Virus record (IMG/VR): IMGVR_UViG_3300042291_000844
Span: 64,001 to 128,000 of that record
Reading direction: 5' to 3' (one strand)
DNA: 64,000 nucleotides
DNA from: a virus
Lineage: Duplodnaviria; Caudoviricetes
A program made the translations under genes and the position numbers. The notes under the pieces are model-generated. The model did not search any database. It saw only the letters and a program-made list of their open reading frames with translations, and had not been told where the DNA came from. Of the stretch, positions 9,860-17,870 are shown in pieces. How positions within the stretch are numbered: the stretch's first letter is position 1; every line of letters begins with the position of its first letter.

Positions 9860-11292
9860 TAAATACCAACAGTTATAATTTGTATATTTTTATCTATCTT
9901 TCTTTTATTGTGTTCTACAAAATTTAAATCAGATAAACCATCAGTTTTTGTTAATTCTGGGTTTTCCATTACTTCGTTAACCAATCGAAGTTGATTCCAA
10001 CGTGTGTTATCTGTTTTCCAGCGATTCCCATTAAATCCATTATTTTCATGTTTAATAGATTTAAATTTAGAATATCTTCTATGTGGTATATTAAAATCTA
10101 CATCATTGATAGCACCACTTTCGCTGATTTCACAATTTATTATATTACCTAAATTATTATGAGGTGATAAATCAATTAATTTATAATCTCTTATAAATGT
10201 AGTATCATAATATGTTTTTAAATAATCAGATGAGGCATATTTACCAAAATCTTTGTTTAATAAATGTTCAGTATTATTTGTAATTTCAATAATTTCATCT
10301 TGACTTAATTTACTATCATAATATGCAAAATATTCAAATGAACCATTAAACCAATTTGGTATTATTTCTCTATTTGGATTACCAACTCCTATATAAAAAT
10401 ATTTTTCATTTTTATAATTTTTATTGAATTTTACAATTTCTTCGCTTTCACCTACAAAATTCCCATCTTGATACATTTTTATTTTTTTAGAAATAAAATC
10501 ATATACTAATGTAATATTAGTTTTATATGCAGGTTTTATTTCGGTATTTAAATAAATGGCTTTTAAACTACTATCAAATAAACAAAAATTATATCTATTA
10601 AATGATGTGTATGATATTGCAAAATCATATCCTGGTATACTGAAAATAGTAAACTCATCCGATTGTTTAGTATGGTCTAATTTTAACTTTGCAGGTTCAA
10701 AACAAATTGTTATAGAAAAATCTCTATGTGTAGTTATTATATTATTTGATTGGATATACGAATTAATACCATTAAATTTTAAAATTTGAGTATTTTTACT
10801 TACATTTTTTATTTTTATAGTATCTAAATCTAATTCATTAATTTTGCATCTATAAAGTAAATCATCATCTTCAAACCCCCAACCCCAATACTTGTTTGAG
10901 TATCCATTTATTTTTTCAAAATCTTCAATTGGAAACATTGTTACTCCACCAAAATACGAATCAAATAGTTTTCTTGCTGGTTCATCATCATCTGGTATGA
11001 TATCTGTTGCTAAGTGAACCGGATATTCACTAAGTGAATAATCAACATCAATAGGTAACATATCTATATCATGAAATACTAAATAATCACAACGTAATTT
11101 TTTAGCATATCGGTATCCAATATTAAGGAGCATTCCTCTATTGAATAGTTTAGCATCATCTTGCTCTACAATTATAATTTTATAATTAATATCTTTATCT
11201 GCCAGATATTCAACTATGTGTTTTGTAAAGGTATCAAGCTGAGTATATCTATTTCGATAGGGAATAATTATACCTAATTTTTCTAAGGACAT
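9859..11292 (-). CDS. GT7 (beta-1,4-galactosyltransferase-like) with inserted LamG domain, tandem paralogue
   Basis: IPYRNR, FNRGMLLN, HDID, YFGG, NGYSNKYWGWGFEDDD; LamG insert (FYIGVG...WFNGSFEYFAYY); tail TDGLSDLNF. Confidence 0.85.
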   Translation of the reverse strand: MSLEKLGIIIPYRNRYTQLDTFTKHIVEYLADKDINYKIIIVEQDDAKLFNRGMLLNIGYRYAKKLRCDYLVFHDIDMLPIDVDYSLSEYPVHLATDIIPDDDEPARKLFDSYFGGVTMFPIEDFEKINGYSNKYWGWGFEDDDLLYRCKINELDLDTIKIKNVSKNTQILKFNGINSYIQSNNIITTHRDFSITICFEPAKLKLDHTKQSDEFTIFSIPGYDFAISYTSFNRYNFCLFDSSLKAIYLNTEIKPAYKTNITLVYDFISKKIKMYQDGNFVGESEEIVKFNKNYKNEKYFYIGVGNPNREIIPNWFNGSFEYFAYYDSKLSQDEIIEITNNTEHLLNKDFGKYASSDYLKTYYDTTFIRDYKLIDLSPHNNLGNIINCEISESGAINDVDFNIPHRRYSKFKSIKHENNGFNGNRWKTDNTRWNQLRLVNEVMENPELTKTDGLSDLNFVEHNKRKIDKNIQIITVGI

Positions 11293-11295
11293 TTT

Positions 11296-11535
11296 TTATT
11301 TTTCAGTCTTCTTTGAATCGATATCAGTCTTTGTTGGCTCAATTTTATTTTTATACCATTCGTATAAATAATGTTCAATTCTTGGGCCCCATGCATCCTT
11401 ATCAATTTCTTCAAACCATATGGTAAGTGCATCTAATGAATTAGCTATTTTTTCTAACGCTTTTAATTTACGTTCTTCTAAACTTGGAGAAGCATTTGTT
11501 ACTCCATCTGTTCCTTTAATCAATTGTTTTGACAT
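11296..11535 (-). CDS. Hypothetical protein (probable true start MSKQLIK at 11535)
   Basis: Upstream ATG in the ORF track overlaps the previous gene; ATATTTATA motif 24 nt before the 11535 ATG. Confidence 0.65.
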   Translation of the reverse strand: MSKQLIKGTDGVTNASPSLEERKLKALEKIANSLDALTIWFEEIDKDAWGPRIEHYLYEWYKNKIEPTKTDIDSKKTEK

Positions 11536-11559
11536 AACTTTTTGTTTTGTTTGTGTATA

Positions 11560-11568
11560 TATAAATAT
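11560..11568 (-). promoter_or_regulatory. Putative phage late-promoter motif ATATTTATA
   Basis: Intergenic, 24 nt upstream of ATG 11535. Confidence 0.55.
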
Positions 11569-11575
11569 ATTTTTT

Positions 11576-12436
11576 TTATATTTTTGTAATTTGTTTTGAT
11601 AATCTATTCCATTTAGAATAATCACTAAAATCTGATATTTGGTTTGTCATTTTCTCAATTGAAAATTTGTCATTATTAATATCAATTTTAAAATTATTCC
11701 ATTGGATTGCATTATACATCAATTCATATTCAGTTGAAAATGCATATTCTTTTTTAATATCAGCAACTGCTTTAATTCTATCTACGCAAGTACTATCCCA
11801 TTTAAAATGATGTACTTGAATTAATCCTTCACCTCTTCCAATTGGATATCGTTTTGGATGTTTTGTACCCCAGCTATTTGTACCATCTTTAAACTCTGCA
11901 TAATGTTGACCAGATGATATTTTAATAAACCCTTTCATTATACAAACTTTATTTGGACAAGCCCCACTCATTGGATATCTAAAAAATCCAGCAAGTGGGA
12001 ATTGTGTCCAAATATTTGTATGTTCATTTATCTGAGGAAACTCTCCATTTTCTCCTATCCTGTCAATAAACCCACCTGTAACGAATTCCCAATCATTTTC
12101 TTCGCAATCAGAAATTAATTCTCTAATTGGTTTTGGATAAATGTGAAATTCATCGTCATCTGAAACTACCCACCAATCATTGGGGTGTAATAATTTTGTT
12201 TCGTTATATAATTGAGTAACATATTCCCAATTAAATTTTTCTTTTATTTCTCGTCTAACAATTTTTGCTTTAGGAAATTCTTTCACAATCTGATAAACAA
12301 TATCATATGTGCTGAATCCATCCCACTCATATACAACAACATATATTTCATCTACCAAATCATTATAGTGATTTAACATATGATGTAGAGTATTTGTTCT
12401 ACTTCCGGTTACTGTAACTAATCTAATTTTTTGCAT
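11576..12436 (-). CDS. Glycosyltransferase family 2-like (GT-A; GT2/GT92-type)
   Basis: LHHMLNHYNDLVDEIYVVV, WWVVSDDDEF (DxD), VHHFKW. Confidence 0.75.
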   Translation of the reverse strand: MQKIRLVTVTGSRTNTLHHMLNHYNDLVDEIYVVVYEWDGFSTYDIVYQIVKEFPKAKIVRREIKEKFNWEYVTQLYNETKLLHPNDWWVVSDDDEFHIYPKPIRELISDCEENDWEFVTGGFIDRIGENGEFPQINEHTNIWTQFPLAGFFRYPMSGACPNKVCIMKGFIKISSGQHYAEFKDGTNSWGTKHPKRYPIGRGEGLIQVHHFKWDSTCVDRIKAVADIKKEYAFSTEYELMYNAIQWNNFKIDINNDKFSIEKMTNQISDFSDYSKWNRLSKQITKI

Positions 12437-13209
12437 CGTTGGATGAATGTTAAACCAGTAGATGTTGGTTTATTTCGTAGTATACCATTATTAAAAAAAT
12501 TAAATATTTCCCAATTACCCGTTTCTTTTAATTCTTTTATTAATTTAGATGGGCCTGATGAGAATTCATGAAAATCATTTTTATTTTTTATATCATTGGT
12601 AACAATTAATTCTTTTTCGAATGATGAATCGGTATCATGAATTGATATTATACCATAAGGTGAAAGAATTTGTGAATATAATTCAAAATCATTTTTCACA
12701 TCTTCATATGAATGACCTGCATCTATATGTAGATAATCAATTTTAATGTCCTCTTTAACAAAATAATTATAAAAGGCATTTTCGGTAGTATCTATAATAA
12801 ATCTGCAAGGAAAATTGGTTCTAAAAAAAGATTCATCATCTTCCCAATCAGTATTACCACCTATACCATTTGATGCATCTACTAAAATTGTAGTACCACA
12901 ATCGCCCCATTCCATAGCTTTGATTCCTCCAAATATTTGTTGGTCGTGCAAATCAATTCTAGCTTGTGACATTATTCTCGGAATAAATCCACCACCACTT
13001 CCTAAACACACACATGTTTTTGCTCTAATGTATTGGATTGTGGCATAAATTAATAATCCATCTCCAATATGATAATCTGTAGCTCCATGTGACCATCTAT
13101 ATGCAACTGGTTGATATTCAGAATACTCATTACCATTAGTATCTATTTTTTTAGTTCTATTGTTGGTAAAGAAATCTTTTAAAATATTATAATCGATGAT
13201 ATTGCCCAT
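12418..13209 (-). CDS. Class I SAM-dependent methyltransferase (Methyltransf_24-like)
   Basis: CVCLGSGGG, ILVDAS, IDYLHIDAGHSYEDVKNDF...GIISIHDT. Confidence 0.85.
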   Translation of the reverse strand: MGNIIDYNILKDFFTNNRTKKIDTNGNEYSEYQPVAYRWSHGATDYHIGDGLLIYATIQYIRAKTCVCLGSGGGFIPRIMSQARIDLHDQQIFGGIKAMEWGDCGTTILVDASNGIGGNTDWEDDESFFRTNFPCRFIIDTTENAFYNYFVKEDIKIDYLHIDAGHSYEDVKNDFELYSQILSPYGIISIHDTDSSFEKELIVTNDIKNKNDFHEFSSGPSKLIKELKETGNWEIFNFFNNGILRNKPTSTGLTFIQRCKKLD

Positions 13210-13333
13210 ACATTGAATAATGTTAATGAAATGCTAGAAATATGCTATTAGCTTAATAATAATATAAGTTAATTAAGATAGTATAAGTGATAGTGTAATA
13301 GCTTAGTAGCTTATCCCCCTACCCCCTTTAGTA

Positions 13334-13342
13334 TATAAATAT
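13334..13342 (-). promoter_or_regulatory. Putative late-promoter motif ATATTTATA
   Basis: Intergenic, 124 nt upstream of methyltransferase. Confidence 0.5.
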
Positions 13343-13390
13343 ATAAAAATATACCAAACGATAAAAAAACTGAAAAATAAATATTTGGAA

Positions 13391-14428
13391 TTATCCCAAA
13401 ATTGCTGTACGGACTTTATCAATCCATACGTCTTTATTATCAAATTTTATCATATATTCTTTAAGATTTTTTACGTTTTTAACCCTCTCTTCATGTGAGT
13501 CGGTAAGGATTTGTTTAACACATTCATCAAATTCATTTTTGGTTGAAACTCTATATTTGTAATCAACCTCCGGTGCCCAATCTTTATTTATTATTGGTAA
13601 TTTACCATAATCTACTGCTTGAAATATTGAATATCCAAATGGTTCTTTAAAATACGCGGCGTGAAATATACCAAAATTTTTCATCATAAAAAAATGATGA
13701 TGGTTAACATCCCATTGAAAAACTTCCATGCCTTTTAATGAATATGTACTACTATCTTTAAGATTTTGTAAATCAAACTGATTTGTTAGAATATATCCCT
13801 TATGGTCGTTTAACCAATGCACACATTTTCTCGATTCAATACGAGAAGCAAATCCAATTTTACCATTATCAACATGAGTGGTAAGTGGTAGGTTATTTTT
13901 AAACTCGTAAAAATTTGGAACATTATAAGTATAGTTTGGATGTTCATCAATCATACTCGTAGTATTATTACCCACCCAAATCCTACGATTAAATGTTGCT
14001 AAATACTCATCATAAAATTCAGAATCAACTCCTGTATTATATTGTAATCTTTTTAGTTCCGGGATAGCAGAAATTGCTGCATCCATCTCTCTAGCATATG
14101 CATGAACAAAGACGGTTTTAAATTTATCTTCAAAATGCCAAATATGTGGTCTTAAATGATAATGTGGATGTAATACGTGGATTTCCTCACACTCATCTAA
14201 CCACGCTCTAGTCTTTTCAGGGTCATCGTAGTGAAAATGATGAACCAATCCCTTCGGTAAGTATTTTGATTCGAATGAAGCGGGTCTCTTGGAATCAATT
14301 ATCAATCTCCAATCCCTTTTGACAGGAAGTGTTGGCCAAACTAATTCTAAAAAATAATTAGTCCATATATCGGCACCGCCCATAACAGTATTACCACATC
14401 CAGTTGTAACTAAAACCTTTATACTCAT
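13391..14428 (-). CDS. GT-B fold glycosyltransferase (GT4-like)
   Basis: VMGGADIW, IGFASRIESRK, YFKEPFGYSIFQAVDYGKLPII (EPFG..E/Q-like motif). Confidence 0.7.
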   Translation of the reverse strand: MSIKVLVTTGCGNTVMGGADIWTNYFLELVWPTLPVKRDWRLIIDSKRPASFESKYLPKGLVHHFHYDDPEKTRAWLDECEEIHVLHPHYHLRPHIWHFEDKFKTVFVHAYAREMDAAISAIPELKRLQYNTGVDSEFYDEYLATFNRRIWVGNNTTSMIDEHPNYTYNVPNFYEFKNNLPLTTHVDNGKIGFASRIESRKCVHWLNDHKGYILTNQFDLQNLKDSSTYSLKGMEVFQWDVNHHHFFMMKNFGIFHAAYFKEPFGYSIFQAVDYGKLPIINKDWAPEVDYKYRVSTKNEFDECVKQILTDSHEERVKNVKNLKEYMIKFDNKDVWIDKVRTAILG

Positions 14429-14434
14429 ATTATA

Positions 14435-14443
14435 TATAAATAT
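14435..14443 (-). promoter_or_regulatory. Putative late-promoter motif ATATTTATA
   Basis: In 21-nt gap upstream of GT-B gene. Confidence 0.5.
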
Positions 14444-14449
14444 ATAAAT

Positions 14450-15235
14450 TTATAAAAAATCGAAAAAATTTATATCATAGTACTCATTAACTTTTTTAGT
14501 ATATTCATCATTTAGTTTTGATTTAAATCGCTCACTACAATCAGTAAGAAAGATTTCGGCATGGTCATCTTGCTTTCGATTACTTCTATCATATAAATGA
14601 TATATTGGCGTATGTTTATAGTTAAGAATTGAATAACCCATACCAATACTTCGATAAGTTGGGTCAATCTCATCATATCTCCAACATAAAAATTTATCAT
14701 ATCCAACTTTTTCTAACCACTCAATTGTAGTAAAATGATATCCTCCTGCAATAGTTGATTTACAATAATCTTCACCATTATTATTTGGTTTCATTACAAA
14801 TGGATATCCACCTATTTTTTCTCTATTCCAATCATTTGCATGATGTGCTTTATTTTCTTCAAATTTACCATATAATGGATATGCAGGAGGATATGCCGAT
14901 AAAATGGAGTTTGGTAATAATGCATTAATTAATATGGTATCCCAATTTTTATCAAATCTCATATGACTATCAATTGATAAAAAATATTTAAATTCAGGTT
15001 CTATAAAATATTTAGCAAGGGAACGTATCCAACAAAGATTTGAAAATTTTCTATAATCAACATTTATTAAAGTAACTTGAGATGGAAATAAATCTTGAAA
15101 AAACATATCTGATTGTCTATCTTGATTAAACACAATAATTTTAATATTATTTGGATTTTCTGCTTTATTTATCAAATCAAAACAAGTAGGAATTACTTCT
15201 TTATCTAATCTGCAAGGTATATAAACGTATATCAT
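14450..15235 (-). CDS. GT60-like polypeptide/hydroxyproline N-acetylglucosaminyltransferase (Skp1 Gnt1-like)
   Basis: DKEVIPTCFDLINKAENPNNI, YFLSIDSHMRFDKNWD, ILSAYPPAY, IAGGYHF...VGYD, IYHLYDR; start at 15235 gives an ATGA overlap with the upstream stop. Confidence 0.8.
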   Translation of the reverse strand: MIYVYIPCRLDKEVIPTCFDLINKAENPNNIKIIVFNQDRQSDMFFQDLFPSQVTLINVDYRKFSNLCWIRSLAKYFIEPEFKYFLSIDSHMRFDKNWDTILINALLPNSILSAYPPAYPLYGKFEENKAHHANDWNREKIGGYPFVMKPNNNGEDYCKSTIAGGYHFTTIEWLEKVGYDKFLCWRYDEIDPTYRSIGMGYSILNYKHTPIYHLYDRSNRKQDDHAEIFLTDCSERFKSKLNDEYTKKVNEYYDINFFDFL

Positions 15236-16062
15236 CGGATAAACCAATCTTTTATTAAATTATAAAAATCGTTATTTGGGAATTCTGCTATATTATGATT
15301 TGGGAATGTTGATTTTTTAAATATTGGGTCACATGAATAATGTGCAAAATAATGTTTTTCTTTATCAAATTCATTTATGTTTGGAAAATATGTATTATCT
15401 TGTCCTATACATTTTATTCGATTATTATGACAAGCAATTTGAAATGACCACATTTGTTGCCACCAACCAAATGGAGAATTTAAATGATTTCTAGCAATAT
15501 CAATACCGATTTCAATAACCTCATCTATTATTCGTTTTAAAGTTTTAACTTTTATAATAATAGGAACAAACCCACCATCCATATATTCGTGGGTGTCGTG
15601 TTTTAAATATGGTTCGACTATTTTATAATTTTCCTTATCAGGTCGACTACATTTCATATGCCAATTTTCATATTTATCACAAGTTACAACTTCATCGTCA
15701 TTAGGTAATATTCCATCATATTTTTTAAATGGAATTACATCACAATCAATTATACAAACATATTCATTATTATCTAAATCATTTAATATTTGTTTAATTG
15801 CAAAAAATAAATTTCCTGCTGAAAAATATGGATGTTCATCTGATAGGGGTAATATTGTATGAACTCCATCTACAATTTTGTATGGTATACTTAAATTCCA
15901 ATCAACATCCTTAATTATTTTACCATGAGAATTTCTATCTGCAATTAATACAATAGAATTCCAAAATGCTAGATTCCCATATACATTTTTTTGTGCATAT
16001 TGAAATAAACTACTTTGCCATTTAAATAAGTTATTTGATACTGCTACGGGTATTGTTATCAT
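15232..16062 (-). CDS. GT95/GT96-like glycosyltransferase (plant hydroxyproline arabinosyltransferase / serine galactosyltransferase-like)
   Basis: NLFKWQSSLFQY (cf. Y..WQ), HPYFSAGN, YVCIIDCDVI (DxD), GWWQQMWSFQIAC (cf. GW..EMY.Y..A), FAHYS...FKKS; recognised by eye. Confidence 0.6.
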   Translation of the reverse strand: MITIPVAVSNNLFKWQSSLFQYAQKNVYGNLAFWNSIVLIADRNSHGKIIKDVDWNLSIPYKIVDGVHTILPLSDEHPYFSAGNLFFAIKQILNDLDNNEYVCIIDCDVIPFKKYDGILPNDDEVVTCDKYENWHMKCSRPDKENYKIVEPYLKHDTHEYMDGGFVPIIIKVKTLKRIIDEVIEIGIDIARNHLNSPFGWWQQMWSFQIACHNNRIKCIGQDNTYFPNINEFDKEKHYFAHYSCDPIFKKSTFPNHNIAEFPNNDFYNLIKDWFIR

Positions 16063-16681
16063 ATTTTTTTAATAATTCGTATATTTTGTTTGCAATTATT
16101 TTATAACCTAAATAATTTGGATGGGTATCACCACCATCAGTATTTTGCCAACTATATGGATATCTAAAATTATATTCCCAAACAGAAATATTTTTTTGTT
16201 TTTCATAATCTATTAATAAACTACTCATAGTTAATTCTTTATCAATAAATCTACTTAAATTAATATTAGTTGTATCTAAATTTAATTCAGTCATAAAAGT
16301 TTTTGCAAATGAATTAAATAGAAAATAATTATATTCTGATAATAAAGTTGTTATAGATTTTACATCATCAATAGGGTTACCATTATCTCTATATGGATAA
16401 CTTAGCATAATAATAATAATATCATCTTTATGTAAATATTCTATATTTTTTTTTATTTCTTCAACAATATTTTTATTACTAAAATTACACCATCCACAAT
16501 TCACAAATGGTAAATCTAATAATGTAGCTAAATGTCTTGGCCATCCATTTGAATTTCTTAATTTATTAGTAAATTCATTTGGTGAGATAACTTCTTTATA
16601 ATGAATATCCAATTCAACCCCATGTCCTTGTGTCCAGGAATCACCAAATGTAATTAATCGTGTATTAGACGTTACTTTCAT
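16031..16681 (-). CDS. SGNH/GDSL-type hydrolase
   Basis: ITFGDSWTQG, NCGWCNFSN, DTHPNYLGYKIIA (DxHP catalytic block). Confidence 0.75.
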   Translation of the reverse strand: MKVTSNTRLITFGDSWTQGHGVELDIHYKEVISPNEFTNKLRNSNGWPRHLATLLDLPFVNCGWCNFSNKNIVEEIKKNIEYLHKDDIIIIMLSYPYRDNGNPIDDVKSITTLLSEYNYFLFNSFAKTFMTELNLDTTNINLSRFIDKELTMSSLLIDYEKQKNISVWEYNFRYPYSWQNTDGGDTHPNYLGYKIIANKIYELLKKYDNNTRSSIK

Positions 16682-17864
16682 ATTCCCAATTTTTTAATTT
16701 ATAATGAATATACATATTTCTATAATATTCACCTTCAAATTCATCTTTTCTTCCGTGTAAACAAACGGCAGATTCGTACAATAATACATCTCCTATTTCC
16801 ATATAAATAGTATGGAGGTTTCCATTATGGTCTTCTATTTGTAACCCCCAATCATTTCCATCGCCTAAATTTTTATCTATCATAATAATAGATGATATAT
16901 GATGAGTTTCAAGTCTATCGTAATGTGATACTAATTTAGCACCTTTATTATAACTTCGGATACCATAGATATATGTAGGTTCGATTTCTTCACCACACCA
17001 ATTACTATGTATTGATTGTAACTTTTTATGTAAATTATTTTTTAATTCTGGAATCGTATCTAATGGTAATATATCAGATGTATTATTATTACCTAATATA
17101 ATACTTTTTTTATGTTCAAATAATTCTTCTGTTTTATTATTTTTAACTGATTCGTACATTGTATTTACTAATTCTAAATCTTCAACTGACAATTTGGTTA
17201 GTAAAAACCCAGTTTCACTTAGTTTTGGTAACCCATCTTTTGTAGAAAATTTATTTTTTAATGATTTTATTTTTGGATATTTTGCATCGTATAATTTTAA
17301 ATCTAACGTTGAATTCCACGGCTTTTCTCTAACCCATATTGTTATAATATATTTAGAACCATCTATTACATCACACCCCTCATGTAACGAATCGGTTGTC
17401 GGTATACCATCAACCATATTTTGCCACGCAATCGCAGTTCCAATTTTTGGAGTAAACGTTAAATCTAAATTATGAAATTTAGTTTCACCACCCACAACGT
17501 CCTCATTTAAATAAATCATAACCGTCCAACATCTATTACCTGAATGTAAACAATGTTGTTCATATGAATGTTCATTAAACCAATCGTGATGTTGTCTAAA
17601 AAATTGTCCTTTTTTATATACTTGTCCTTGAACACTTTCTATATGATTAGCAGGTAATCCTACTTCTTTTGTAACTTTTTGTTTTATTTTTTGCGTAATA
17701 AATTGTCCTTCTTTAATATTAGAAGTTGAACTTGTTCTAGCATCATGTAATACACCAACATAATTACCGACCACAGTACTTGGTTGATTATTTGCATCAA
17801 TTTGTTTTATTAAATCAATACATTCATCGTTAGATAAAAAATTATCAATTTGTCGTATTATCAT
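16665..17864 (-). CDS. Prolyl 4-hydroxylase-like protein with two tandem 2OG-Fe(II) oxygenase domains
   Basis: Domain 1: IDNFLSNDEC, RTSS, QVYKKGQFFRQHHDW (HxD), TVMIYLNE..GGET, SLHEG..V..GSKY; domain 2: SHYDRLETH, YESAVCLHGR. Confidence 0.85.
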   Translation of the reverse strand: MIIRQIDNFLSNDECIDLIKQIDANNQPSTVVGNYVGVLHDARTSSTSNIKEGQFITQKIKQKVTKEVGLPANHIESVQGQVYKKGQFFRQHHDWFNEHSYEQHCLHSGNRCWTVMIYLNEDVVGGETKFHNLDLTFTPKIGTAIAWQNMVDGIPTTDSLHEGCDVIDGSKYIITIWVREKPWNSTLDLKLYDAKYPKIKSLKNKFSTKDGLPKLSETGFLLTKLSVEDLELVNTMYESVKNNKTEELFEHKKSIILGNNNTSDILPLDTIPELKNNLHKKLQSIHSNWCGEEIEPTYIYGIRSYNKGAKLVSHYDRLETHHISSIIMIDKNLGDGNDWGLQIEDHNGNLHTIYMEIGDVLLYESAVCLHGRKDEFEGEYYRNMYIHYKLKNWEYESNV

Positions 17865-17870
17865 ATTTTA

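Noticed and set aside
1-17864. Giant eukaryotic virus (NCLDV) or bacterial chromosomal O-antigen locus as the source of the eukaryote-like GTs
   Set aside because: The island is translationally coupled to an S74 tail fibre and shares motifs with gp6/gp25/gp5 baseplate genes; there are no flippase/polymerase or housekeeping genes
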